A stretch of 64,000 bases of DNA from Yuukianura sp. NJ FZ-2021. Taxonomy: Eukaryota. Numbering within the stretch: the first letter of the stretch is position 1; the number at the start of each line of letters is the position of its first letter. The translations under genes and the position numbers were made by a program. The notes below the pieces were generated by a model, which did not search any database, was not told the origin of the DNA, and saw only the letters and a program-made list of their open reading frames with translations. The DNA is taken from NCBI GenBank assembly GCA_046563655.1, contig CM102286.1, forward strand, positions 7,006,001 to 7,070,000, in the 5' to 3' direction. Shown piece by piece: positions 40,701 to 54,200 of this stretch.

Positions 40701-43700
40701 CCCAGGAATTTATTCTTCACTTTCCAATCAACAGCACATACTGATCAAAATTTTTGGAAAAGAAATAGAAAACAAGTCACTAAAGTGTCAAGTTTGAATT
40801 AAAAAGTTTGTCTTCTGGGTAGCCTTTTTTTAAGCAAGAATCAGTTTTGATTAATTTTCTGAAAAAATTAAGATTTGAACCCAAGAAATGAACTTTGGAG
40901 TGAAATTACTCCATTAATGAAAACAATTTGCCCGAAATCAAAATTTTTAATGCACATCAGGAACTGTAATTTACTTCAGGTAGCAGGACTTTAATCGATA
41001 TTAACTAATTCCCGCTTCGATTGCCTCTGGACGTACCAATTTTCTCTTTGATCATTTGAACATGAGTAGTAGAGGTACCATACAAGGAAATTTTCAGCAG
41101 TTGCAGTGCCCTACCCTTCTCTGGATTATTTACGCTCCATGCCTAATAGAACGTAATTGACGGAGAAGCTTTACTGTTCGAACCGTGCAGCAAAACGGAG
41201 CTTTAAAATTATTTTAGCAAATTAAACTTTTCAAAAACACGGGAAAACACAACGTGATGAAACGCTCACAGTATAAAGGTATTTTCCTGCACAACAAAGC
41301 ATTCTTTCGGCTTTGATCATCTTCAAAGCAAACCCAATCTTGTAAGTTTTTTTTCAACAATAAATTTATCTCCATTAACCAACATTTCGGCTTCTGTTTC
41401 ATTTTTATTAATTTATTGTCTCTGATGCAACTTCTTTGTTCCAAGACAAATGTTTCATGGTCTTTTGATAACACACAAAGGACAAACATTATTGACCTCT
41501 TACACAACAAATCAAACGAAAACATTAGATTATTGGAAGATTTGGGAATTTGACCTCTGAACTTTAATTCGTTTGAACCCTAGTCCTAATCCACCAATAT
41601 GTATTCATTGGTCGAAATGTAATCAAGTGTGAATGAAATTGAAGTAATTGTCGTGTTTGTTTAAGGAAAACCAGGAGAGAGATAATTGGAGGCTGCAGAA
41701 ATGCGATGAGAGGCAAGTTGCAAACGTACTAAAATTTCAAACATCTTCTTCCTCCGAGGCTAAATTCTACATAAATGGAATCCCGTTGTGTTCCTCGAGG
41801 TCTAATAAGACAAAGGGGAATTATTAATCCAATCATGATGAAATTTGAGAGTCCAAACTGGTATTAAAGCTCCATTGAAAATGTTTGCATTTCTGACAAC
41901 TACTTCGTGTTACCAAAATTTACCATTGTTTCGGTAAGGTTGAATTTCAGCCAATCTGGGGACAAAACTTGTCGAAAGTGTCAAACACCATAAAATTTTT
42001 TTTCTTCTCAAAAAGAAAGATTTTCACCAAATCAAGTTTGGAAGCTCGAAAAACAAAATTGGGAAAAGTTGGCGACGTGACAAGAGAAACAAATATCTTT
42101 TGTCATTTGATTATGCAAGACAGGGTGAAGATGGATGGACGGCCAATGGCCTCAGGATGAGCAAGTGACTGGGCCATGGACTCAACGAACAGATCGTCCT
42201 CAAGAGGTTATCATCTTCATCTGATGTTATGCGGAGGACGGGAGGTTTAACAGCCTAATTGAAATAATATACTGAAACCACAAATACAAAAGGTTCAAGC
42301 AGGCATAATTTGTTGGCACTTTCAAGTCCCTATTCAACACTACTTAATTTCCCAAATTCTTAGAAAAATTGTTCCTTGACGAAAACTGCAGCTTGAAAGG
42401 TGGCTGTTCATTCCGGTCCAGCCACATTTCAAACGAAAACGTCTGATACGTCATCGTCCTCATGCTGCTTTGTAACCTTTTGTTTCCGTCCGTTGTAAAG
42501 TAAATGCTGAAAAATTTGGCAGAATGTTTACGGTTAAGAAGTTGAAGTGAGCGTTGAAGTTTCCTTGAAGTCTCCTCATGTATAGTTGAAAATTATTAAT
42601 TGTTGTTTTCACTACGCGGGTAAATTTATGTTTCAACGAGTGGGTTCAAATAACTCAAAGTCAGTCAGAATTAAATGAAAATGTTGTTGATTACTACGCG
42701 AGGGGTTTTGCAATTTGAAGGCAGCGGCGCAGGATTAGTCCCAATTATTGTAAATCAAATCAGGTTTAATTACAGGTGAAAAGGGTGTGGTTTCTTTAAT
42801 TTAATGAAATTTCTTCCAACGAGATCTTGATTCTAAGCGTCGTCGTCGGGAGCTAAAGCCTCACCTTTTGAGAGCGAAAAGCTTCAAACTGAGATTATAA
42901 CTTTTGTTTTATGAAATACGACAACCCTATGGTAATATCCATAGTTTCGCAGGGAGATGCAAGGAAACACCTTAACTACGAAGCGTTGAAGCCGAAAATG
43001 GAAACTTTCATCATCAAGCCAAAGGCTCTGATTAGGTTCCATGATTGATGACCTATTTGTTGTAGTTGCCGAATAGTCGGTGGTGGAATGCTCTGCTTTT
43101 TATCGCTTTCGTGCAAAAATTGCAAAGGGAAGTCAATAGTGTAGAACGACGTGGAGACAGTTCCACCCACTATAATTTAAGTTCTACCAAAAGCGCTTAT
43201 TTTTCGTGAGGTGGAATAGGAAGTCCAATTATTACTATATTTCCAACTGCCTTTTAAGCTTGGAGCTCGTAGGTTTTTGGCGTACGGGAAAGTGAAGTCT
43301 AGCGTGACAAATAACTGAGCAAAATATTAAGGCAGAACCAAACCTCTTTGTCAAAAGACGTGCTTTATAAATATAATTTCATATGCTCAATTAGGAAAGG
43401 CATAAAACAAAAACAAATGGCCACGGCATCTTTAGGGTTACCCGGCATAGCATCAATAACTTCCTTTGAAAAACAATGGAAAAGCAAATATAAAATACGC
43501 ATATGCGTGTGAATACGGAGGGAAACTATTACAATAGGGTCAAAACTCATGCGTACAATGCATGACATTTTGGCAGCATTTTAGGAATTTTTTTCAAACT
43601 TGGATATTATTATGGCAATTCATTTTTTCCAGTGAAAAGAAATTTAAGCGTGACATAAATTTTTATTGAATTTGAAAAGACTAAATTGAAGCGTCGCCGG

Positions 43701-46700
43701 CTTCCGTTGAAAATTATGAAAAGCAGATGATTTTCATCGGCTGATTTTTACGGGACATTGAAATATACAAAAAGAGCGTTTGTTGTAGGGTGTGGTCATG
43801 TGAGAAAAGAGGGCGAAAGTTTGACTAAGGCGTCATTTTCTATTGTTTTCGAAAAAGTACGCTTTTGCTAAGGCCCTTGTTGCAGCCCAAGATGACTTTG
43901 GGGTTAGAAGCTGAACTTTTGGTTCCGGCTGACTAAGATCCGGCCTTTGTTTTCCCCTCACTTGAATCCCATTGTCTCCTTCTTGTTTTTCTGTTTCTCT
44001 TCATTTCATCCACTTAAGGCCCCGTGTAGCCCCTTCATTGTCTCCAAAGCCTGGAACTGAAAGTTCTCAAGATCCTGATTCATGTGGCTTCAAAAGGAAC
44101 GAGATGGTCATACAGTTGTTGGAAGAAAGCGGTGGTGGATTCTGGAACCAATTTCATCCCTCCGCCTTCTACAAAATCCCAGTTATAATAATAAGAGCAC
44201 TCAATACACTTTCATCCCCGGACTTTTTATAGTTCGGTGAAGCCTGATGCTGGGAACGCCCGTTGGTCTCGGTCGGAAATTGTGACTCTGTGAGTCACCA
44301 CTCAACTTTCATCTTTAGCCTTTTCGCTAGAAGTGCAGCGGGAAATGGAGAAAGATGAAGGGAAGTCGTAGAAAGTCATGTCGTATGGTTCTGATTTGAG
44401 TCTGGAACACTAACCCAGGAAATGAGCCACACAATGGCCTCATTTGAACCCGAAAATTTGCAAACCTTTACTTTACCCGCAGTGTGTCTTGCCAAAATTT
44501 TGAATTCCAAATTCCAGCGGCTGGATTTCTGCCTAGAAGCCAAACGGATCTGGAATTTTCAAGATCATTTTACTTTTGGAGTTATCGCGTTCTCAGAGAA
44601 AATGAGAATAGAGTTGCAGGCAGAAAGATTTTATGGAATTGTGCTTTTTGGGAATGGACAAATACAAAAGGGGTTCCGTCGATACTTTTCATATAAAAAA
44701 CTTAATTTTCTTTAGATTAGTTCGCATCATTTAACCAAACAGACGTTTGTTAGTTAGGGGGAACCCTTTTATGTCTTATGCATCAACGAATCAAAAACGT
44801 GCGTCACTGGAGTGCATCATCCCCTAAGCTTATTGTTGTTCCAGCATTGCAGTTTTGAAATATCGCCTTTGTTGTGGATTCAAGTAAAGTCAAATAGCGT
44901 CACGGTGTGCGAACGCTTCCTACTATTTACAAAATTGTTCACTTAATTTTGAAAAAAAAATTCCTCGTAGGATATTTTATAGAATTTCATTTGTAAAATG
45001 TTTGTAATTGTGTATTCCAATGTTAAAAATTTAGCCTTGACTCCAGAACTTGAACATTGACACAGGACCAAACAAGTTCTGCGAAACCATTTTTGAAGAA
45101 TTACGAGCTGCGAGCGAAATGCTAAATGGTTTGATTATACAGAATGATAATTGATTACACAGTAGGCGTATATATTTGCAAGAATCCGAGTGCAAGTGCT
45201 TGGAATTATTACACAGTAGGCAGAGTGCAGTTATTAAACGTCGTATGAATGCAAATTTGCAATATAAAGAATAAAGATTGGCTTGTATATTCTGATGAAA
45301 ATTCCAGATAAAAATCAATTTCCATTGCAAATTACCAATTTAGGTGCAGCAGATCTCCTGGTCAGTCCCGTTCTGATTTGCAAAAAGATTTCATACACAT
45401 TGTTAGCAACTGATCTAACGATTGGAGTTCCCACAGTTTCCGTTTCCGCCTTCGAATTTAGTGTGCAGGTTGTAACATTCAGTGGCAATTAAGCTACATG
45501 ATCCTACAAATGTATTTTGGCGAATAAATTTTTTATGGTAGCCAGTTTTCATTGCTTGATTTCTAAGCACGTTCTTTGTTTTTCTGAAAACCAATTTTGA
45601 ATTTTTTTTTATTTTCTATGGCTTGGTTTTTTTACAGTTTTTTTTATTCTTTTGTTAAAGTAGCAGCAATATTGAAAATCGAACAAATGCATTGTCTAAA
45701 GAGCTGTCAGGAAAAGCATTGACTGATGGAAATAACCGAAGATGTGAGTCATCCACCCGAGTAAGTTATCCGAAACTTAACTTTTTCGTTGAACGGAAAA
45801 GCGGAGGAGGACTGATAGTGACATCAGATTCAGCTGCTCCTCTCGATGACAGCATAATGACATTCGGGATTTCTGGAAGGAGATCGTAGGTTTGTTTGGA
45901 CTCTTTGATCCAAGGACTCCCCTCTCTCAGCCTAAGGACTCCCGGGAAAGGATTAAGGGAACTTGAGCACAGATTTCAGCTCCAGCGTTTTTGTTAGATT
46001 TGGATCCAGGGTTAGAATATGGGTGCCTTGAAACCAACAGAGGCACACCAGCGTGCGGTCCTTCCTTCCCTGCTCTGTCCGAAACAAAATGAACTCAAAT
46101 CCTGTTGTCCCTGTCACTTCTGACACCTCCATCACACACTTCAAACATATTATTAAATGAACCAAAGGCTTCGCTACCTCCTCCCCTCTTCACAGCACAC
46201 CAAAGCCTCAAACACAAGGAAATTGAAATCTCCTTTTGCTTCTTAAAATTCAATGGATGACTAAATTCCAACAGACTCTTCAATTTTTTTTTGAATTTGG
46301 CAAAAGCGGATTACAGTTGAAGTTTGGGAAAAGCTCGAAAGCGTGGCCCAAATACATAATAGTATTTCCGCAATACAAAACTTTTGAAAAAAAAGATTAT
46401 AGAGAATCTGAAAACTCAGGATTTGAAGTTTTGGAAAGAAAAAAAAACTGTATACGATGAGTATAAGGCAAATAAATCTTTGAATGTGAATTGGGATTCA
46501 GGATGAATAAAGTTGTTCATTTTTATACAAAAAAAAAATGGAACACGATGGAATGGAAAACTGAAGTCATGTTTGAAACTGAGGCAAAAAGAGAAAGTTT
46601 TGAAAGTCATTTTTCCCGGGTTTTTATTTATTTCTTATGGGTTATTGGAGGCAGGTGAAAGTGGTTCAATGAAGAATCTCTCCCCATCTTCCGATACAAA

Positions 46701-49700
46701 ACTTTTCTCTCCAGTTTTCTTTCCGTAAGGATGTGATTTCTTTTTGTTTTTATACTTTTCAAAATCTGGAGAAAAAAACTTCGGAACTATTTTCCTTCTG
46801 GCTGCTCCGTTCCAGGCCTCTATTACTGTCAATGTCATCGTCGACGCTTGCCTGAGAGAAAACTATTTCTCGTCTCAATATATTCCGTAATGCCGGATTG
46901 TGTGTATGTTTGCCACTACAAAAAAGAAAACCTTAGTTCCAAGTATTGGAGCTTCTCTTGACTTACATTACGCTGATTTCAACTCAAGTTCATCGTCCCT
47001 GCTTTACATAATTTTGTAGTTTCTATACACTGTATTTTCTCCCTGGTTTCTTTTTTTTTATTTTCCACGATTGGGTATTCAGTTGAAATGAATTCAAAAT
47101 AAAAATTCAAGAACCAGGAGAAACTCAAAGCCTTTCCACCACCTCCGCAGCACTGAATTTCCGAGGGAACACTTCGAATTTAAACAATAGCTAGGAAACG
47201 TAGCAGATGAAAGTTGCCAAAAAATGTTTCCGCCAGCGGAACCCACCAAAGTCATTTGTCATTCTATTTCAGAGAATGGAATTAAGGGAACATCTTCTTC
47301 CGACTCCCAAAGTATTTATGAGTGGGAAGTTACAAATTGAAATTCCGCGGGAAAGAACTGGAGCACCTAATGCCACGCTCCATTTGTCCTCTTTTGCGAC
47401 AAAGTTCAAATTTTGGGCAAGTTTATAACTATGCGAGCTTTTGGGCGTTTCTGCGTTCCAAATTTTTGCAATTTTTTACCATTTCAAGCCCAAATAATTA
47501 TTTCCTCCGCATTTGCATTTTCCACCTAAATGCTCACGATTTTGCCGAGTTTCAATTTCGTTGTATTTGTGCTACTTTGAATAACACCGTAACCTTTGAC
47601 CCCAAAACCCTTCATTATACTTACGCTTTTTATTTGCAATACTTTTTACCTCGAGGCAACTTTGTGTAAGTTGATGTAAATTCCTGATTTTCAGCTTAAG
47701 CACTTAAGCGTTATCTGACTTTCACTCGTGGAAAATGCTGGCACAATTATCCTTTAAAGCTTCTTTTTACCTTGATACACATCTTTGACAAGATTGAAAT
47801 TTTTGTTACAAAAGGGGCGAATCTCATTGCAATTCCAGGGCAATGGGTCATGCTACACACAAGAATACCTAGTTTTTCAAAAGAGATCTGAATAGGCTTT
47901 GACCTTTGGAGTATGAGATGGGACAAAAGAAGAATTGAAAGTGATCTCCAAATTGAGATTAGGAAAAGGAATCTTTTGAGTGGAAAAATTCGATTCATTT
48001 CCCATCAAACGACGGATCCATTTCATTTCATCTGCGTCTGTCGGCTTTTTTCAACTTGAAGATCTAGATGAAGATGAAGGGTGTTTAAGCCTACTTCAAA
48101 GTTTATTTAGGAAGATGGAGGGGAAAAGACAGTTTTTGATGGATTGAGATTAACCTAAAACCTTTGCATCTCCAACCTTTAAATTTCTCTGGAATTTCGA
48201 ATTTAACTGTCTAAACTCCAAAATTCCTGATGCCACTTGTTCACTTCAATTTCCTTTTCAATTTAAATTTTTAAGAGCCTTTGGAAGTCAGAATTAACAA
48301 AGATAAAGTGTCACTCAATTGCCATTAAGTGTTGTAAGTGGTTGGAAATCAACAAATTCAGGAGCTAAAGATACAGAAGAATAAAAATGTTGCTGTTGCT
48401 TAGAATAGGAAATGCCGACAACGGAAGATGCTGTATGCAAAGGGACTAGAAGTGCATCTTTTCCTTAATTTCTAAAGTCATCGGCCATTAAACCGAAGTG
48501 GTAATGGGGGAATAAAAGCGTGTTAAAGTCCCCATTTGTATTACACCCATATCACCAACTGCCACATAAATACTGTGCTACTCTGGGACGAAAACTGCCT
48601 TTTCATGCAAAATCAATAGGTTGAAAGGCATCTTCTCACCAGACTGTCTCCGGTTTGCCTCCAGATCATCTCCGGCAGGAAGACTTTAGTTGAAACAAAG
48701 CGACATATTTGTCTTTTACCATTATGGTCTTCCCCAGTTTCTAAGGACTGGAAGTATCCAGTTCCAGGACTTCTTCTAATAAACATTTAAGAAGTGGGCT
48801 CTGCGACATTGAACTTCATGTTACGACCAGATGCTAAACGTGACCCTAGCACAAACGATGGGGTAAGACAATCTCATCTGTTGCCTCTAACGATTTTGGA
48901 ATTTACAAACTAAACTAAGGAATTTACTAAAAGTAGAGAACAAACGATGAGAATGCCTTCGGAGGATGTCGTTTGAACGATCCTGAATTTTTTTTTTTTT
49001 GCAATATACATATCATCGCTTAACCTTGTTTATAAACTGGAAAATGGCCAGTATCTGGAAGTTAATTTTTTAAGTGTTTGCTAGGACTGGAAACATTGAA
49101 AATGAAGTGGAGAGTGAAATGCGAGTTTTTTTAAAAGTTAGTTGATGATTTCTCAAACGACGACAAAAAGTAGTGCACTATACCAATCCATCATCTTTGA
49201 GAAAGTTGAAACGGACCGACGGACAACCGGTAAAATAAATATGTTTTTCAGGAGCAATTTTTTTTAAGTTCTGAAGTGTACTTTATTTGAAACCGGAGGC
49301 GGTAAGTAACATCGAAGAATTACTTTGGCTTCCGAAAGTTTTCTTGGGCACGACTTCTCTTGTTTCAAGATGACAAGATTTTCCCAAGGACTTTTTCCAA
49401 ATACTCTCAAGTCGCCACGAATGAAAAAAAAAAATGAAAGACAACTCTATGTATTAAGCTAATGTTAATTAACTTGTTTATTTGTTATATGGATTTTTTT
49501 TAAATAATTAGAAATTGCCCGATATTTACTACTTTTTCATTTCCGTGGCGCGGAAGTCTTGAACATAAAATAGCTTGCCAAATAGTTAGGAATGTGATTC
49601 AATTCTCACTATGGCTCACTAAACGAATCGAGTACAGTCCTACTGTGTTTCTCAGAATGTCGGCAGTGACATGACACGACATGAACTTGTACCTGGGAAT

Positions 49701-50608
49701 TCTAATCATTGTTTCACAGTTACCGCATAACTTGATATCGAAATACCGTGTGAACATTCCTGTTGCTTTCCATCCAAGCGTCATCGTTACATTTCACACA
49801 GTGGTTTATATTAAAAGTACATTACTAAAAGTTCAAAGTACGGCATTAAATAGAATTTGAAAAGTTTTTGTTTTTGATATTTTCCAGCTTCAGATTTTAA
49901 GGAAAACGGAAATCCTAAAAACGTTAGCTTTTTAACGCAAAAGAGATGCCAAAGAAGTGAAGACAGTCCAATTTTGAAATGAATAATGCCTTACAGTTGC
50001 CTTTTTTGGGTAGAAAATGAAGTGGTGAGGCATAAGACATGAAGTGGTACACATTCCCCAGTATTCAGAATTTCATAATGGGTCATCTGTCTCCCGAATT
50101 GGGTTACAACATCTTTCGGTGGTAACCCACAGAGAGTGAAATCTGACACTGGATTTCCAACCTAAAAAACTGAAACCTTTTGTCAAGCAGCCTTTTCTGT
50201 GGTTTCTTTGCACGCTGAGATGAAGGGCAACATGTTTCCAGTTGTGTCGCCTTTTTTAAATTCAGCTCCCCTCCAAAATCCAGGAAAGAAAGTTTTTGTT
50301 CGGTTGTATACAATAACACGAGAATTTTGAAATTCGAGGAGCAAGCTTTCATTTCTTGCCCGAAATCTTCCAAAAACGAGCAACATTTTTTTTAAAGATT
50401 TCTATTGAACTGAATAACTTGCAAAAACTTTGAAAACAATATTACGTTCGCTGCAAACGTATGGCTACTTACAGCCTAACATAAACAATTTGGCATTCAA
50501 TAACTTAGAATTAACTTAACTTAAATACAAACTTAAATTATTCATTAATACCTAGTTTAAATTTAAGAAGAAAAATTTGAACTTAAACTAAAAAAAAGTA
50601 TTTGAATC

Positions 50609-51245
50609 AAAAATAAACGGTTGCGAACCGGTGTACGAAAGTAACGTAAGCGATTGACCTTTGACCTGATCTGTCCAAATGTGAGTGGGAAAAGTTGTCA
50701 CGTAGTTGAGCAGGAAGGGTAGAACCTATGGGGAGTGGGGGTGTGTTCCTCCATTTTCCCCGCTCCCAGGGGAAGAGGGAGCGGCCCACCCCACATTCCT
50801 GTCCCCCGCCAGGGGGAATGAGGACGGATCCCCCCATTTTCCTGCATCTCCGCCCTAGAAGCAGTGGGGATGGGTTCCCCCACTTCCCCTTAGAAGGACG
50901 TTAAACTGCGAAAAGTTGACCTTTGACCCGGAAGGAGGTCACTTCGGGTCATGTGATGTACACAAAAGTTGCTGGTCTCGATGAGACGAACAACTTTTGT
51001 AAAGGTCATTTTCCAAGTTACCAGGGATGAAAACGGTTGACCTTGACCTTTGACCCAGAAGGAGTTGACCCACCGGGATGATATTCAATAGTGAACATCA
51101 CCGGGTCACTAGGTGTCCACCGGTGAAAACAGATCCCGGAAATGTTGAGCGGTTTCCGAGATAATCGCCGTCGACGGACGGACGGCCGGCCAGACAGACA
51201 GACAGACAAGGTCAAACCATAAAGTAACTTACGTTACTTAATAAA
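50609..51245 (-). mobile_element. Non-autonomous Helentron-derived element (HINE / DINE-1-like), ~635 bp
   Basis: 12-bp subterminal inverted repeats aagtaacgtaag (50639-50650) and cttacgttactt (51228-51239); 5' partial inverted repeat aagtaac..gttactt (51222-51239); (GTCT/GTCC)n microsatellite (51173-51207); 3' stem-loop cggtt-cgc-aaccg (50618-50630) followed by a T run; AT-rich flanks and no TSD seen. This is the established DINE-1/HINE architecture. Confidence 0.85.
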
Positions 51246-54200
51246 TGTATCGGATTATGTAAACACTATAGCTGGTTTAAAATGGAAGCTTTTTTTTAAA
51301 GCCTTTTAAAAAAAAAAAAAAAAACTTTCCCGCCTAGTTCGGTTTCCGAAAGACTGCTGCGGAGTGACATGTCGACACAGAGCGTACGCAGGTCATCTTC
51401 ACTAACAATGTCTCTGGTTACCCTCTACGGCCACACACCCTCCTGTCCCGAAATCTTAGTCCGATTCCAATTTCTTCTCCGAGAAAAGCTTCAGCTTCTT
51501 TTAGAAACAGCTTCTTTGTTCCAAATTCCCGGTAGATCATTTGGTTCCTAAGCTTTAGGCTTTTTCGGAGCCTTTAGCCGTTCGAACTTCATCTTCTTTT
51601 CCACTCTGTCAGCTTCCTCCCTCTCTCCAAAAGTTTTTCTTCCTTTTCTACCATTTTTCAATAGACCTTCATTGAATTTAAGACTTTTTCTGGACACATT
51701 GCTCAGCAAGGGTCCTCTGTGCTCTGAAGTAGCAGACGACAAATAATACGTAAACTTACAATGCCGAAGTTATTTGCTACTTTGACAACAAAAGATTAGT
51801 TTTCCCTAAAGCTTTCAATTTCAACGTGAGAAAAGAAGTCCTGGAATAGGTCAGGAGAGGCAGCCTGAATGAAATCAATACTTTCAGAGAAGAATCAAAA
51901 CGAAGAATCACTAAAATCATTTGTAACTCAGAAGGCCACTTAAGCACTTCCTCCTGAAAACGTCCAAGTTCGAGTGGCTTTTATTTAAAAAAGAATCACG
52001 GGCATTGTGTCCGGAGACAAGATACAAGAATACATGGTGGAAGGCAACAAATATGGCAGCTTCTCGCCCAATATGGATGGGATGTGATACCAAAACCCAC
52101 TACTTTTCGGGAGTGCCCAATGTCACGGATTACTGAATTTTACAAGCTGCCTATTTATTTTGAATTTCTACGAAACTACATTCAATTCAATTGAATTAAG
52201 ATCGCACTTGAGCCGCATTAGGGCATGATATAAAATGATTCGCAGAATAAAACTTTTCAAAGTCGTAAAATCTGTAGATGGAAGGTAATCTTTCATTGAA
52301 GGTGGAAAATTATTGCTGTTGATGCAACGAAATCTTTGCATGGGAAGCTACAACCTTTGACATCTTCAACGCGTGTATTCCAGTGGAGCGAACTTTTGAA
52401 ATTGTTAGCACCCTTTGCTAACAATTTCCTTCACCCTATGCTCTGGGCATAGGATGAAGAAGATTTTTAATCAGGTTTTTATCCAGACACCAGGAGGAGG
52501 TTAGGTCATTCATAAACTGTTGTTACAAGAAACCTACAGCATCCCTAGCCTCCTTGTTCTCATTATCTTCAACGACCAAATTATGCAGAATTTGTCCCAG
52601 GAACTGTCTCATAAAGTGTGAGCACTTGGCAATATTAGGACGACGCTAATGGACGTTAGCACGCAAGTTATGAGCCCTTAGACCTAAAACCGGGAATTGA
52701 TTCCAGTTCATCCACCTAGACACTTCACATCATCCGATGGAACAAGTTTAGGTGGAGTACTCAGAACAAAGTTCTGGACCAAGGACATGCCACTCTGGAT
52801 GACACTGGAAAAGTTTCTTCAAACAACAAAATCCAGCCCCGTCTGAGTTCTGGAACATCTCGTCATTGAATCTTGTCACATCTACACTACAACACAGGAG
52901 CAACGGGAAATGGAAACTGTTGTTGACGTCCAGAAAGCAAACCAACTCATGGATAGATCCAACTGGTTCTGTCAGCCAATGTCAAATGTCAAGTCACGCC
53001 GCCATGTCAGCGTCACTTCGTCACAAACTACACTTTTTCCCACGAGTTTGTATTTTCTTTTTGACAAGGTAGCATGCCACTACTGTTCCACCCTTAAGGT
53101 GTATTTTACGTCCTCTGCGTGTAATTATTCCTGGACAGTTACTCGTTCCAGGGTTATCTAAATTATCAACCTCACAATTTTGTAATTTAATTCTGAAATT
53201 GTTGTATTACAAAGAAACGGGATGGAAATACAATCCTGCCCAATTTGGTCCATGTCAACTGTCAAATGGCGCTTGATTTTTTATTCCAACAATTCAGAAC
53301 CTACATTTTAAAAGTTGGTGATCTTAGAAAGTGCATGTTTGGAAAAAGTGCTGAGTGTAGTTCAGGCGTTGTAAGACTTCTGGAAGGTGTTCCGTTGTTT
53401 CAAAGCAGAGTCACTGATGCTATCGTGTTAAATCAAAGTCAGTAGATAGAGTTTCAAGCGTCTAAGCAAGTATTCCAAACCTAGACCTGTGCTGACTAAA
53501 TTACTAAAACCAGCTTTTTACCCAAATTAATTAGACAGTGTTTCGGATCAGTGCTTAATTTTGTGCTACAAAAGCATTAAACATCTTGTTCTCTTTCCAG
53601 TTTCTTGAATCCGAGCATTTTGAACAAATTCAAATCTTGTAAGATTCTACTCGAAAGTTGTAAGACTTTAATTTCCAGATCGTTTTCGGATAGTCGCTTT
53701 TCCCTGGAATGCTTATCTCTACAACCCAAGAAATCCTAAGAAGGAAATGATTTGATGTGATGCAGCGATTAGAGACGTGGTGACACGGAGTGACGTCGTC
53801 GCTTGGAGGTATGAAATGCAATCCGTAGTGCAGGGACTGCCAGACCAGAAGACTTTAATGTTCTGTAATCCCAGAATTCATATTATTTAGGAAGAGCTTA
53901 AAGTCCGTTGTGTTCGTTGTACAATGAATTTTTGTGTTGCAGGATTTATGGTCAGTCTGATTAAAGTAAAAGGGTTTGGAACGGGGAATGCCGACAGAGT
54001 GAACATTGGTTGTGTCATATCTTGCGTCCCTTAAGTCCTCTTCTACCTTTAAGTTCTTTCTGACTAAATTTCCACTTATGGAATTTCTACTGCAGATGCT
54101 TGCTCTTGGCTTTATATGGACTTTAAGCTTAAATTAGATTGTAAGCGCATTACGGTTCAAGGCATGGCAGGGTTAAGGGTCCAGAACTAAACGCTGGAAA

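Noticed and set aside
51548..51742. Lys/Arg-rich - strand ORF beside the HINE
   Set aside because: Explained by a purine-rich strand. No upstream exon or domain found.
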